The notes: a model not told the origin generated them from the letters alone. DNA of 64,000 nt from Candidatus Binatia bacterium (GCA_963422385.1 OY729432.1:1109666-1173665); one strand, 5' to 3'. Shown: positions 7,825-18,774, counted from the first letter of the stretch. Made by a program: numbers and translations.

Positions 7825-10014
7825 ATGAGCACCGAAAAGGTCGCGACACTGCTGAATCCCACGAGCGTCGCCATCCTGGGGGCCAGGGAAAACCCCACCG
7901 GATGGACGGCGCGCATCTTCGCCAACCTGACCCGCTTCGGTTTTGACGGGCCGGTGTATCCGGTGAACCCCAACCACGAGCGCATGTGGGGGGTAGAGTG
8001 CTTTCCCGACCTGCGCTCCCTGCCCGCGGTTCCGGACCACCTGGTGGTGATGCGGGCGGCGGCCAGCGTCCCGGGCATCCTTCGGGAAGCCGCGGCCATG
8101 GGCGCCCGCAGCGCCACCCTGTACGCCACCGGCTTCTCCGAGGCCGGCACCGACGCCGGCTGCGCGCTCGAGGCGGAACTGCGAGACGCCATCGAGGAGA
8201 CCGGGCTCGCCGTCTCCGGACCCAACTGTCTCGGCAACCTGTCGGCCCGCGCCCGCGTGCTGACCCTGCCGGACGACCGGGTGCAGGAACTCGTCACCGG
8301 TCCCGTGGCCATGGTAGGTCAGAGCGGCACCACCACGCCCAGCATCGCACGGACCCTCATGGACCGGGGCATCGACGTGAGCTACGTGATCACCAGCGGC
8401 AACGAGACCGGGCTCGTCACCGCGGACTACATCCGATACTTCGTCACCGACCCCGAGATCCGGCTGATCTTCTGTCTCGTGGAGGCGGTGCGCCGGGCCG
8501 AAGACTTTCTCGCCGCCTGCCGTAGCGCTCGTGACGCAGGCAAGCCGGTGGTGGTGCTCAAAATGGGCGTGTCCGAGGGCGGCCGCCGCGCCGCCCTGTC
8601 CCACACCGGCTCCCTGGCCGGTCGGGTGGAGGCCTTCGACGCCGTCGCCGGTCCCGCCGGCGTCATCCGCGTGCAAAGCGCCGACGGCGCGGTGGACGTC
8701 ATCGACTTGCTGCTGCACGCGAGCAAGCCCCGGGGCGAGGGCGTGGGGGCGCTGGTGTACTCCGGCGGTGTGCGCGGCCTGGCCGAGGACGCGGCCGACC
8801 GGCACCGGGTGCCGCTGCCGGATTTCGCGCCGGAAACGCGCGCGCGAATACGGGAACTCCTGGGCGACGGCCAGCCGATCAGCAATCCCCTGGACGCCAA
8901 CGGCTATCTCAACCGCCCCCTCGACGACGTGCTGAACGTCGTGGACGCCGTCTACAACGACCCCGGCGTGGACATGGTCGTTTTTCAGGAAGACCTGCCG
9001 CCCCACGAAGGCGCCAACGATGCCAACCGGCGGCGAGCCGCACGGGTGCTGACGACCCTGGAGGCCATCGACAACCGGTTCCTCGGACCCGGCCGGAAGC
9101 CCTTCGCGCTTACGTCTCCGGCATCCTGCGATCTGACGGATTTCAGCCGCGCCGCCCGGCGCCGCTTTCCGCACGTGCCGTGTCTCAACGAGCCCGAACG
9201 GGCCTTTCGCGCCATCCGCGCGGTATTGGACTACCGGCGGAATTCCCGGGAGGCCGAGGCCGTGACGACGACGGCCCTGCCGGATTCCTTGACCACCCGT
9301 ATCGAAACGCTCCGCGGACAGTCTGCCGCGGCGACCGCGGAATTTCCCCTGACCGAGCCCGAGTCCAAGGAGTTGCTGGGCGCCCTCGGGATTCCCCTGA
9401 GCGAAGAAGGGCTGGCGCGCACCGAGCAGGAAGTGCAGGACATCGCCGAGCGCATCGGCTATCCGGTGGTGGTCAAGGGAGTCGCCGCGGACCTCACCCA
9501 CAAGAGCGACGCCGGCGCCGTGCGTGTCAACCTGGGCGATGCCGCAGCCGTACGACGGGCCTGCCAGGAAGTCACGCGCAACGTAGCGGCTCACGATCCG
9601 GGCATCCACCTGGACGGATGGCTGGTGGCAAGGATGGCCCCGCCCGGGCTCGAGCTGGTACTGGGCATGCAGCGGGACCCCGAGATGGGCGCCGTGGTCA
9701 TGTTCGGCGCTGGCGGAGTGTGGCTGGAGCTCATGAAGGACGTGGCCTTCGGCCCGCCCGGATTGAGCCGCGACTGCGCCGCCCGGCTCATCGACTCGAC
9801 GCGCATCGGCCGGCTGCTGGACGGATACCGCGGCGAGGGACCCTACGACCGCGACGCGGTCGTAGACGCGCTGGTGGCACTGGGCCGGTTGGCGGCCGCG
9901 GCCGGAGACGCCATCGAAAGCCTGGACATCAACCCCTTCCTGGTGTGCCGCAAGGGTGCCGGAGGGCTGGCGCTGGACGCGCTGGCGGTGATCGCCCCAG
10001 CGCGGGAGAGGTGA
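7825..10014 (+). CDS. Acetate--CoA ligase (ADP-forming), an NDP-forming acyl-CoA synthetase family protein
   Basis: A CoA-binding domain, a succinyl-CoA-ligase-like domain and an ATP-grasp domain. The start is at MSTEKVATLL; the upstream part of the listed ORF covers the repeat element. Confidence 0.8.
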   Translation: MSTEKVATLLNPTSVAILGARENPTGWTARIFANLTRFGFDGPVYPVNPNHERMWGVECFPDLRSLPAVPDHLVVMRAAASVPGILREAAAMGARSATLYATGFSEAGTDAGCALEAELRDAIEETGLAVSGPNCLGNLSARARVLTLPDDRVQELVTGPVAMVGQSGTTTPSIARTLMDRGIDVSYVITSGNETGLVTADYIRYFVTDPEIRLIFCLVEAVRRAEDFLAACRSARDAGKPVVVLKMGVSEGGRRAALSHTGSLAGRVEAFDAVAGPAGVIRVQSADGAVDVIDLLLHASKPRGEGVGALVYSGGVRGLAEDAADRHRVPLPDFAPETRARIRELLGDGQPISNPLDANGYLNRPLDDVLNVVDAVYNDPGVDMVVFQEDLPPHEGANDANRRRAARVLTTLEAIDNRFLGPGRKPFALTSPASCDLTDFSRAARRRFPHVPCLNEPERAFRAIRAVLDYRRNSREAEAVTTTALPDSLTTRIETLRGQSAAATAEFPLTEPESKELLGALGIPLSEEGLARTEQEVQDIAERIGYPVVVKGVAADLTHKSDAGAVRVNLGDAAAVRRACQEVTRNVAAHDPGIHLDGWLVARMAPPGLELVLGMQRDPEMGAVVMFGAGGVWLELMKDVAFGPPGLSRDCAARLIDSTRIGRLLDGYRGEGPYDRDAVVDALVALGRLAAAAGDAIESLDINPFLVCRKGAGGLALDALAVIAPARER

Positions 10015-10018
10015 CTCG

Positions 10019-11128
10019 ATGGAACTGGTCCTCGATGAGGCACAGACCATTCTTCGGGAGAGCGCGGACAAGCTCATCGAACGTCACGCGGGTCCCGCCC
10101 GTTTCCGGGAGCTGCGTACGACCGGGCTCGGCTTCGACCCGGCGCGGCTCACCGTGGTGGCCGAGGCCGGCTGGCTCTCGCTGCTGGTGCCGGAAGACCG
10201 GGACGGCCTGGGCCTGGGCGCCACCGAGGCGGCGCTGGTGCTCGAATCGGCCGGGCGGGGCCTCATGACCGAGCCGGTCGCCGCGGCAATGGCAGCGGCG
10301 CGAGCCGTCGCTTCAGGACCCGAGGCCATGGGCGCGCCCCTGGAGGAGATCATGGGCGGCGGCTCCGTCATCCTGCCCGCGCTGCAGGACCCGGTAGCCG
10401 ACGACCCCGCCGGCGCGGGCGTCCAGGCCACTGCCGCAGGCAGCGGCTTCCGCCTCACCGGGGGTACCAGCACGGTTCCCGGCGCGGCCGCGGCTTCGGG
10501 TTTCATCATCGACGCCCGGAGCGGCGACGGCACGGTCGTCTGTCTGGTGCCGCGGGAAGCAGCGGGACTGGAGATCGTGCAACGCGGCCGGGTGGACGGC
10601 ACCGGGCACGCAACCCTGGCCTTGAAAGACGTGGCCGTCTCCGCAGATGCGGTGATCGCGGGCGGCGCGCCGGGCACGGCGGTTGCGGCGGCCACGCTGG
10701 ACCTGGTGCTGCTGGGGACATCCGCCGAGATGCTGGGCATCATGGAACAGGGTCTGGCGCTGGCGGTGAACTACCTTGGAACGCGGGAGCAGTTCGGCCG
10801 ACCCATCGGCTCCTTTCAGGCGCTCCAGCACCGGGCGGTCAACGACCACGTCGATATCGAGCTCACCCGCTCGCTGCTCTATCAGGTATGCGCGGCCTTG
10901 GACGAGGGACGGGGCAATCGCGCCATGGTGGCCGCGGTCAAGGCGCGGGCCTCGGATGCCGTGCTCTCGGTGACCAAGTCCATGGTGCAGATGCACGGCG
11001 CCATCGGCTTCACCGACGAGTACGACGCGAGCCTCTATCTGCGGCGGGCCATGGCCCTGTCGGCCCAGCACGGAAATGCCGCCTGGCACCGCAAACGCTA
11101 TGCGCGACTGTCGGCCGGGGCGGCGTGA
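10019..11128 (+). CDS. Acyl-CoA dehydrogenase family protein
   Basis: ACAD C-terminal domain (REQFGRPIGSFQALQHR...); it overlaps the stop of the upstream ACS gene. Confidence 0.75.
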   Translation: MELVLDEAQTILRESADKLIERHAGPARFRELRTTGLGFDPARLTVVAEAGWLSLLVPEDRDGLGLGATEAALVLESAGRGLMTEPVAAAMAAARAVASGPEAMGAPLEEIMGGGSVILPALQDPVADDPAGAGVQATAAGSGFRLTGGTSTVPGAAAASGFIIDARSGDGTVVCLVPREAAGLEIVQRGRVDGTGHATLALKDVAVSADAVIAGGAPGTAVAAATLDLVLLGTSAEMLGIMEQGLALAVNYLGTREQFGRPIGSFQALQHRAVNDHVDIELTRSLLYQVCAALDEGRGNRAMVAAVKARASDAVLSVTKSMVQMHGAIGFTDEYDASLYLRRAMALSAQHGNAAWHRKRYARLSAGAA

Positions 11129-11157
11129 CGGAGCAGCCGCCCCGGCCCCTCCGGATT

Positions 11158-11179
11158 CCGGCTTTCGCCGGAATGACGG
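11158..11179. repeat. Short GC-rich palindromic repeat (ccggctttcgccgg core), copy 2; it is followed by a cattgac...gtcaatg hairpin
   Basis: Identical 22-mer to 1615-1636, located just downstream of the ACAD stop codon. Confidence 0.4.
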
Positions 11180-11262
11180 GTGTGGACATTGACGGGCTGT
11201 TTTCCTGTCAATGACGGGAAGGCGACCGTACGGCGACAGCCATCCCGCAAAGGGAACTCACC

Positions 11263-11520
11263 ATGGCCAACGGCTCCGCTTTCAGACGCACCATCCAGTG
11301 GCCCGACGACAAGCTTGTCTGCTGCACGTTCAGCGTGGCCCTGGAGGCCTTCCGAAAGACCGGCCGCTTCAAGATGGACCCACGCATCGACGTGAACCTC
11401 AACTCCCTCTCCCACGCGAATTACCGCGGCAACGCCGGGACCTGGCAAATTCCGGAGATCCTGGAGCGGCAAAAGGTCCGGGCCATGGTCTTGGTGAATT
11501 CGCTGGCGGCGGAGAAATGA
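11263..11520 (+). pseudogene. Possible N-terminal fragment of a polysaccharide deacetylase (PuuE-like), truncated after 85 aa
   Basis: WPDDKLVCCTFSVALEAF resembles the WPxGxRxAxSFxxNxEE start of PuuE-like deacetylases; the ORF ends prematurely. Confidence 0.25.
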
Positions 11521-11849
11521 CCAGACGCGGTCCGCGCGCTGCATTAGGGAGAATGGCGCGACAACGCGCCGTTCCTACCCAACATCTTTCTCAGGCAGTT
11601 CAACAGGATCCTTCGAGTCTGCGTTCTATGTCCCGATCTTTCTTATCCGGGAAGCTGTCCCGAAGCCGCCCTCACCTTGGACAACCAAACCCGTATACCT
11701 CAGTATCGGTCGGCGCCGGACATGTGAAACAGCAACCAGCATCACCTGAACAACTGTTTGCTCGACCATCGAATCCTTTGCCCCAATACCTATTGGGATA
11801 ATCTCTTTGATTCCCGTGCCGTGCTCCTACGCACACACTGGTGCCACGA

Positions 11850-12678
11850 GTGCAAGACAGTCAGCCTGTTCTCTGGCCTGAACAATCTCAAGGGCATTAC
11901 GCTGGACTCGCGCTACTCGGCCCTGTGCGGCTACACCGAGACGGACCTGGACACGGTGTTCGCGCCGGAGCTTCCCGGCCTGGACCGGGACAGGATCCGC
12001 GACTGGCACAACGGCTACAACTGGCTGGAAGAGGAGAAGGTCTACAACCCCTTCGACGCGCTGCTGTTGTTCGACACGCGCCAGTTCAAGGCCTGGTGGT
12101 TCGAGACCGGCACCCCGACGTTCCTGGTGGAGACGCTGGTGGAGCGCGGGGTCGGCGCCCTGGAGTTGGACGGCATGCTGGCCAGCGACGAGTTGCTGTC
12201 CAGCTTCGACGTCGAGGACATGGCAACGGAGGCGCTGCTGTTCCAGACCGGCACCCTGACGATTCTGGACAGTGAGGAGCTGGGCGGGGAGTCGGTCCAT
12301 CGGCTGGGCTATCCGAACCGGGAGGTGCGGCAGAGCCTGAACAGAAGCCTGCTGAACCGCCTGACAGGGAATCCATCCAAGCGGCAAGAGCACGGCGTCC
12401 GGCTGCTCAAGGCCAACGACTTTGCCGGCCTGGAGGAGTTGTTCCGGGCGTTCTTCGCCAGCATTCCCTGCCAGTGGCATAGGAAAAACGACATCGCGGA
12501 CTACGAAGGCTACTACGCCAGCGTGTTCTACTCCTGCTTCGCCGGGCTGGGGCTGGACGTCACCGTGGAGGACAGCGGCAGCCGCGGCCGGCTGGACATG
12601 GCGGTGGTGTTCAGCAGCGAGACCCGCAACCTGGCGGCCTTCGCGGTGGAGCGGGCGCTCGCGTCCCCCACACCGTGA
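11850..12678 (+). pseudogene. 5'-truncated paralog of the AAA-ATPase/PD-(D/E)XK (PDDEXK_9) gene at 47695-49260
   Basis: VSLFSGLNNL...DSRYSALCGYTETDLDTVFAPELPGLDRDRIRDWHNGYNW aligns with the middle-to-C-terminal part of the 521-aa protein. The Walker A N-terminal half is absent. Confidence 0.6.
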
Positions 12679-12776
12679 TGCGCTCGCCATCACCGACCGC
12701 CTGGGGTCTTGCGTACTCTGTCGGGTTGAGGGCGGATGGAGTGGTTGGCTCCATGCCCTCGGACTACGGTCCGCCC

Positions 12777-14027
12777 TCACAGGTGCGATTCCCTCACCCT
12801 GGCAAGAAAAGGCAGCGGCAAGGCGATGGCCACGGCAAGGGCGGTCCACGCCATCCCGTAGGACTCGGTGTGATCTGCGATGAAGCCGAAGATCGGAGGC
12901 AGCACGACCACGCCGAGAAACACCACGGTATTGGTCAGTCCGATGGCGACGCCTGCCACGCCGATCCCCACGATCCTGGACACGAGGGCGAGATACAGTC
13001 CCTGCCAGCTCATGGTACCGAGACCGAGAAGCGATGCGACCACGGCCACCAGCCACGCGGGCATCGCCGGTGACAGGAGAGCCGTCGCAATGCCCATGCC
13101 GGCGCCCAGAACGCCCAACATCACCAGCATCGGCGCGCGCCGCCCGAAGAAAAGCCTGTCGCTTACCATGCCGAAAGCGATGCGGCCGACGGCGCTGCAT
13201 ACCTGACCCACGGCCAGCAGGGCTGCTGCGAAGACGAGAGACAAGAGGATGTCTTCGGTGAGATAGAGCTCGATGTAGCTCAGGTAGCACCACTGGCACC
13301 CGGCGAGCACCGCAGCATAAAACGTCACGGCCCAGATATCCTTGCGCCGGACGATCTCCCTCAGCCCGCCGACGGACGCCGCGCTGCCCGTCACCGGATG
13401 TCTCTCCGGCTCCTTGTAGCAGAGGAGCACCGCCACGCCCGTGCACGCGGTGATGACGCCGACCATAGACAGCGCCGGCCTCCAGCCGAAAGCCAGGCCC
13501 AGGGACGGCAGCGTGAGGGCCGCGATGGTGCCGCCCAGCGGAATCCCCGTCTGCCTTATGCCCATTGCGGTTCCCCGCTCCCGCTCCGGGAACCACCCGG
13601 CCACCGCCTTGCTGCCGGCCGGCGTGCCCGTGGCCACCGGCACCCCCACAAGCAGGAACACCGCCAGCAGCGCGGTAAAGCTCCCGGCGAAATGGACCGT
13701 CATGACGAGGAACCCGGCGGCCACGGTGCCGTATCCGATGACAAGCCGCTCGCCGAACCGATCCGCGGCCTTGCCCGCGCCAAGGACCGCGGCCACGACC
13801 CCTATGTTGACCATGGAGACGAGGATTCCCACCTCGGTGAGATTCAGGCCGAGCTCCCCCTGAATGAGGGGCATCAACGTCGGTATGCCGATATGGATGG
13901 TCGCCAGCGCCGTTTGTGAAAGCGTGGCAATGCACAGATAAAACCAACGCCGTGGTGCCGGTTCTGATGTCAGTGTCACGTTCCTTGCAGTGCGGAGACC
14001 GTGTTCAGCGGCCGCACGTGGAAACAT
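12777..14027 (-). CDS. MFS transporter
   Basis: Twelve predicted TM helices and MFS signature loops (GKAADRFGERL). The start codon is uncertain. Confidence 0.8.
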   Translation of the reverse strand: MFPRAAAEHGLRTARNVTLTSEPAPRRWFYLCIATLSQTALATIHIGIPTLMPLIQGELGLNLTEVGILVSMVNIGVVAAVLGAGKAADRFGERLVIGYGTVAAGFLVMTVHFAGSFTALLAVFLLVGVPVATGTPAGSKAVAGWFPERERGTAMGIRQTGIPLGGTIAALTLPSLGLAFGWRPALSMVGVITACTGVAVLLCYKEPERHPVTGSAASVGGLREIVRRKDIWAVTFYAAVLAGCQWCYLSYIELYLTEDILLSLVFAAALLAVGQVCSAVGRIAFGMVSDRLFFGRRAPMLVMLGVLGAGMGIATALLSPAMPAWLVAVVASLLGLGTMSWQGLYLALVSRIVGIGVAGVAIGLTNTVVFLGVVVLPPIFGFIADHTESYGMAWTALAVAIALPLPFLARVRESHL

Positions 14028-14165
14028 TCCCTCCCTTCCGGGAGAGCGGTACGGTGAGATTTGCGTCTACCCTGCCGACGGGTTAGTGTGTCGTTCAGCA
14101 CTTGGCGTCCCGTCCGGTTGATTCGCATGCCTTGACCGGACAGCACACTTGATATCCCGCGTCGC

Positions 14166-15569
14166 ATGAAACCGGAAACGAACCTGCTGCGTGAGCTGCC
14201 CTCCGTGGACCGCGTCATGACTCACCCTGCCGCGGCGCCGTTGCTGGAGCGGTTCAGCCGGCCGTTCGTGACCGAGACCCTGCGCGACCTCATCGACGAG
14301 TTCAGGCAGGTCATCAAATCCGGCCACGACCTTCCGCCCGACCGGCTGCAGGACGAATCTATCATAACGGATCTGGAAAAGAAGCTCGCTCAAGCCTTCC
14401 GCCCCGGCATGGTCCGGGTGGTGAACGCTTCCGGGACGATCCTCCATACGAACCTCGGGCGGGCGCTGCTCTCGGAGGCCGCGGCCGAGGCCGTGAGTCT
14501 CGCCGCACGCCACCCCGTCAACCTCGAGTTCGACCTTCGCCGGGGCAAGCGAGGCCAACGGGAGGCGGGTATCGAGTCGCTGCTCAGAGAGCTGACCGGG
14601 GCCGAGGCCGCGGCGATGGTCAACAACAATGCAGCGGCGGTTCTGCTGGGGCTCAACTCCATGGCGGAAGGCAGGCACGTCATCGTCTCCCGCGGCGAGC
14701 TTATCGAGATCGGCGGATCGTTCCGTATCCCGGAGGTCATGGCCAAGAGCGGCGCCATGCTCAGGGAAGTGGGCACCACCAACCGCACCCACCCGCGAGA
14801 TTATGCCGAGGCCATCGACGATAACACCGGGCTGCTGCTCAAGGTGCACACCAGCAACTACCGGGTAGTGGGCTTCTCCGCTGAGGTGGAGTTGAAGGAC
14901 CTGGTGGCCATCGGCCGGGAGCGCGGCGTGCCGGTGATGGAGGATCTGGGCAGCGGCGCCCTGGTGGACCTCGGGAAACTGGGACTGCCCCGGGAGCCGC
15001 TGGTGGCGGAGCGCGTGGCCATGGGAGCGGACGTGGTCACCTTCAGCGGCGACAAGATCCTCGGCGGACCCCAAGCGGGGCTCGTGGCCGGCAGGAAGGG
15101 CTGGATCGAGCGCATGAACCGCAACCCTCTCAAGCGCGCCCTGCGCTGCGACAAGCTCACCCTGGCGGCCCTGGAAGCCACCCTCCGGAGCTACATCCAG
15201 TCCCCCGACCTGCTCCGCGAGATCCCGACCCTGCGGGCCTTCAGCCGGCCCCTCGACGAGATCGAGGAAGGCGGCAGGAAGGTGTTGCCGCTGCTGCGGG
15301 AACGGTTGGGACCGGACTACGAGATCGAGTTGGTGGACTCCACTTGCCAGATCGGCAGCGGCGCCCTTCCCACCGAGGAGATCCCCAGCAAGGGCATCGC
15401 GGTCAGCGGCCGCGACATGAGCCCCGACCAGGTAGCGCAGGTCTTCCGCCGCGCCGACCCACCCATCATCGGACGCATCAAGAGCGACCGCTTCATCCTG
15501 GATCTCGGGAGTGCCGGCGATCCCGAGTCGCTGGCGCCCAACCTCCAGGGCCCGGAGGACCGCCGGTGA
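14166..15569 (+). CDS. selA: L-seryl-tRNA(Sec) selenium transferase
   Basis: The N-terminal LRELPSVDRVM motif and the PLP-dependent fold with the SGDKILGGPQAG lysine motif. Confidence 0.9.
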   Translation: MKPETNLLRELPSVDRVMTHPAAAPLLERFSRPFVTETLRDLIDEFRQVIKSGHDLPPDRLQDESIITDLEKKLAQAFRPGMVRVVNASGTILHTNLGRALLSEAAAEAVSLAARHPVNLEFDLRRGKRGQREAGIESLLRELTGAEAAAMVNNNAAAVLLGLNSMAEGRHVIVSRGELIEIGGSFRIPEVMAKSGAMLREVGTTNRTHPRDYAEAIDDNTGLLLKVHTSNYRVVGFSAEVELKDLVAIGRERGVPVMEDLGSGALVDLGKLGLPREPLVAERVAMGADVVTFSGDKILGGPQAGLVAGRKGWIERMNRNPLKRALRCDKLTLAALEATLRSYIQSPDLLREIPTLRAFSRPLDEIEEGGRKVLPLLRERLGPDYEIELVDSTCQIGSGALPTEEIPSKGIAVSGRDMSPDQVAQVFRRADPPIIGRIKSDRFILDLGSAGDPESLAPNLQGPEDRR

Positions 15570-15669
15570 CCGGGGCCGCGGGAGCTAGGGCGTCCTGCCC
15601 TCGCTCCCCAGGACGTGTTTCGCTGCCATTCGTTTGCTCGGACAGGCTCCCAGTCGGGCAGGAGACGCC

Positions 15670-17580
15670 ATGCCGTACATCATCGGAACCGCCGGCCACA
15701 TCGACCACGGAAAAACGAGCCTGATCAAGGCCCTCACTGGCAAGGACACGGACCGCCTCAAGGAAGAGAAGGAACGCGGCATCTCCATCGACCTGGGCTT
15801 CGCCCACCTGGCGCTGCCGGATGGCGCCGAGGCGGGCATTGTCGATGTGCCCGGCCACGAACGCTTCATCCGCAACATGCTGGCCGGCGCCCACGGCATC
15901 GATCTGGTGCTCTTTACCGTAGCCGCGGACGACGGCGTCATGCCGCAGACCGAGGAGCACCTGGACATCGTCCATCTCCTGGGGGTGCGGACGGCCCTGT
16001 TCGTCATCACCAAGGTGGATCTGGTGTCCGAGTCCCGAGTTCGGGAGGTGGAGGAAGAGATCGAGATCCTGACCTTCGAAACCGCGCTGGAGGGGTCGCC
16101 GGTGGTGCACTTCTCCGCGGTTTCGGGAGCCGGCCTGGAGCAGGTCCGGAAAGGTATCTTCGAACTGCTCGGGGTCATCGACCGGCCGGCCCCCAGCGGC
16201 TTCTTCCGGCTGCCGGTGGACCGGGTGTTCGTGCTCCAGGGGCATGGAGTCATCGTCACCGGCACCGCCCTGGCGGGCGAGGTGCGCACCGGCGATCACG
16301 TGCACGCGGTTCCCGGCGGCCGGAAGTTCCGCGTGCGCAGCATTCAGGTCCACGGCCAGTCGGTGGAAGCGGCGGAATGGGGCCAGCGCGTGGCCCTGAA
16401 CCTGACGGGCCAGGAGCGCGGCGTCCTGGAACGCGGCCACATGATCAGCCACGAGGAGTTGACCCTGGTATCGACGCGGTTCGACGCGCACCTGGAGGTG
16501 CGCCCTGCGGCCGCCAAGGGGATCCGCAACCACCAGCGGGTGCGGATTCACCTGGGGACCGCCGAGCGCATGGGCAAGCTCATCTTCCTGGGCGACACCG
16601 AGAAGGTGGAGCCCAAGGAGACAGCCTACTGCCAGGTGCTGCTGACGGAACCGCTGCTGGTGATGCGGGGCGATCATTTCATCGTGAGGGACGAAACCGC
16701 GCAAAGAACCCTGGGCGGCGGCGAGGTCGTGGACCCCCGGGCGCCGCGACACCGGCGCCGGGAAAAAGACACCGAGCAGAGACTCCGGACGCTGCACGCG
16801 GGTGACACGCCGGAGATGATCCGGAGCTTCCTCGACGGCGACCCGAGCCTTGCCACGGGAGTCGATTCCATCTGCCAGTTCCTCAACCGGAAGAGAGAAG
16901 AAACGCGGATCTGGCTGGAACGGACCAAGGGACTGCGCTCCTTCGATTCCGAACGGGAGCGCGTGTACATGACCGAAGACAAGTGGAACGGCTTCAGGGA
17001 GCGTCTCCGCTCGACCCTGGAAGCGTTCCACACGAGCCATCCACTGGCGCCGGGCATGGACCTGGAGGAGGTTCGGAGGCGGCTCGTCGCCGGCGTATCG
17101 GTGAGGCTGTTCCGGGATCTGACGGACCTGCTGGCGGCCGAGGGCGCCTGCGTCCGGGACGGCAACCATGTCCGCCTGCCGGACCACCGCGTCGAGCTCG
17201 GTGCGGAGGAGAAGTCGCTGTCCGGCAAGATCACTGTCGTGCTGGCCAAGGCGCCCCTCAGCCCGCCCTACCTGAAGGAGATCGAGAAGGCCCTGGGGGT
17301 CGAACGCCCCAGGCTCAACGAGGTGATCCGGGTGATGGAACGGCAGGGAGAGATCGTCCGGGTGACCACCGAGCTCTACTACCTCAAGGATTCCATTGAC
17401 AGGATCAAGAGCGATTTATATAGCTACTTCGAGAACCACGAGGAAATGAGCGCGGCCACGTTCCGGGATATTCTGCAGTCGAGCCGCAAGTACACCATCC
17501 CGGTCCTGGAGCACTTCGACCGCACCGGCCTCACCGTGAGGGTGGGCGACGTAAGAAAGCTCAAGACAGGAAGAAGCTGA
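15670..17580 (+). CDS. selB: Selenocysteine-specific elongation factor
   Basis: MPYIIGTAGHIDHGKTSL G-domain, EF-Tu-like domains and C-terminal winged-helix SECIS-binding domains. Confidence 0.9.
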   Translation: MPYIIGTAGHIDHGKTSLIKALTGKDTDRLKEEKERGISIDLGFAHLALPDGAEAGIVDVPGHERFIRNMLAGAHGIDLVLFTVAADDGVMPQTEEHLDIVHLLGVRTALFVITKVDLVSESRVREVEEEIEILTFETALEGSPVVHFSAVSGAGLEQVRKGIFELLGVIDRPAPSGFFRLPVDRVFVLQGHGVIVTGTALAGEVRTGDHVHAVPGGRKFRVRSIQVHGQSVEAAEWGQRVALNLTGQERGVLERGHMISHEELTLVSTRFDAHLEVRPAAAKGIRNHQRVRIHLGTAERMGKLIFLGDTEKVEPKETAYCQVLLTEPLLVMRGDHFIVRDETAQRTLGGGEVVDPRAPRHRRREKDTEQRLRTLHAGDTPEMIRSFLDGDPSLATGVDSICQFLNRKREETRIWLERTKGLRSFDSERERVYMTEDKWNGFRERLRSTLEAFHTSHPLAPGMDLEEVRRRLVAGVSVRLFRDLTDLLAAEGACVRDGNHVRLPDHRVELGAEEKSLSGKITVVLAKAPLSPPYLKEIEKALGVERPRLNEVIRVMERQGEIVRVTTELYYLKDSIDRIKSDLYSYFENHEEMSAATFRDILQSSRKYTIPVLEHFDRTGLTVRVGDVRKLKTGRS

Positions 17581-17604
17581 AACCACGATCCGAAGGAGCG
17601 TGAA

Positions 17605-18654
17605 ATGACCATGGAACCCATCCGGCTGACCCAGGAAGTCAAGGCCGCGGGCTGAGCAGCCAAGCTCGGCCCCGCCGACTTGGTGCAGGTCCTGCACCAA
17701 CTTCCCAAGTTCGCATCCCCGGAGCTGCTCGTAGGCACCGAGACGGCCGACGACGCCGGCGTGTATCAGTTGCGCCCCGACCTGGCCATCGTCAACACCG
17801 TGGACTTCTTCACGCCCATCGTCGACGACCCGTACATGTTCGGCCAGATCGCTGCCACCAACTCCCTGAGCGACGTGTATGCCATGGGCGGCGAGCCCGC
17901 CACGGCCCTCAACATCGTCTGCTTTCCCAAGGGGAAGATGGACATCCAGGTCCTTGGCGAGGTGCTGCGGGGCGGCGCCGACAAGGTCAAGGAATCCGGC
18001 GCGGTCATCGTCGGCGGCCACTCGATCATCGACGAGGAGATCAAGTACGGACTGGCCGTGACCGGCACCGTCCACCCCGACCGTATCCTGCGCAACATCG
18101 GCGCCCTGGAGGGCGACGTGCTGATCCTCACCAAGCCCTTGGGAACCGGCATCGCCACCACCGCCCTCAAGCGAGGCAACGCCTCCCAGGCCGGCATCGA
18201 GCAAGCCGTGGCCTCCATGGCCACCCTCAACATGTACGCCGCCGCGGTGATGAAGGACTACGAGGTCCACGCCTGCTCCGACATCACCGGCTACGGCCTG
18301 CTGGGGCACGGCCTGGAGATGACCAGCGACGGTTCCGTCAGCATCGTCTTCGAAGCCGCACGGCTGCCGGTGTTTCAAGACGTAGCCCAACTCGCCGAGG
18401 TCGGCGACAACCTCACCGGCGGCTGCAAGCGCAACCGCGAGTACCTCGGCGACAAGACCGTCATCGACAGCAGCGTCCCCGACGCCCTCGCCGAGGTCGC
18501 CCTCGACCCCCAGACCTCCGGCGGCCTGCTCATCGCCGTGGCCGGAAAAGACGGCGAGGCGCTGGTCAAGGCGCTCGTGGACCGCGACGTCCCCTCCGCC
18601 ACCATCGTCGGGCAAGTCACCGGGCGGGAGGAACACGGAGTGCGGCTGGTGTAA
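17605..18654 (+). CDS. selD: Selenide, water dikinase SelD, itself a selenoprotein with in-frame UGA (Sec) at 17653-17655
   Basis: MTMEPIRLTQEVKAAG-U-AAKLGPADL is the canonical SelD N-terminus with Sec/Cys in the GxGUxxK-like motif. The ORF track starts at 17680 only because of the UGA. Confidence 0.85.
17682..17698 (+). promoter_or_regulatory. Candidate bacterial SECIS hairpin (ggtgcag-gtc-ctgcacc), 27 nt downstream of the selD UGA
   Basis: A 7-bp stem with a 3-nt loop at the expected distance from the UGA codon. Confidence 0.3.
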
Positions 18655-18774
18655 CCACTCGCTCCTTCCCTTGTGACAGAGTTTCAGTCTTTTCCATCAC
18701 GGCTCTGCAAAGCCTGAGCGCAAGGTCGATGGGCGGTATGAGGAGGAGGCGTCAAACAGGGTGGATGAAATGAC

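Noticed and set aside
7684-10077. 797-aa minus-strand ORF exactly antisense to the acetyl-CoA synthetase gene
   Set aside because: Low-complexity Arg/Gly/Ala-rich translation with no motifs; the sense strand encodes a well-conserved ACS.
11827-13947. 706-aa minus-strand ORF overlapping the ATPase fragment and MFS gene
   Set aside because: Arg/Gly-rich low-complexity sequence across regions where another frame or strand encodes recognisable proteins.
15493-17187. 564-aa minus-strand ORF antisense to selB (plus the similar 15615..16805 and 17416..18636 ORFs)
   Set aside because: Antisense or off-frame GC-rich ORFs; selB and selD account for the region.
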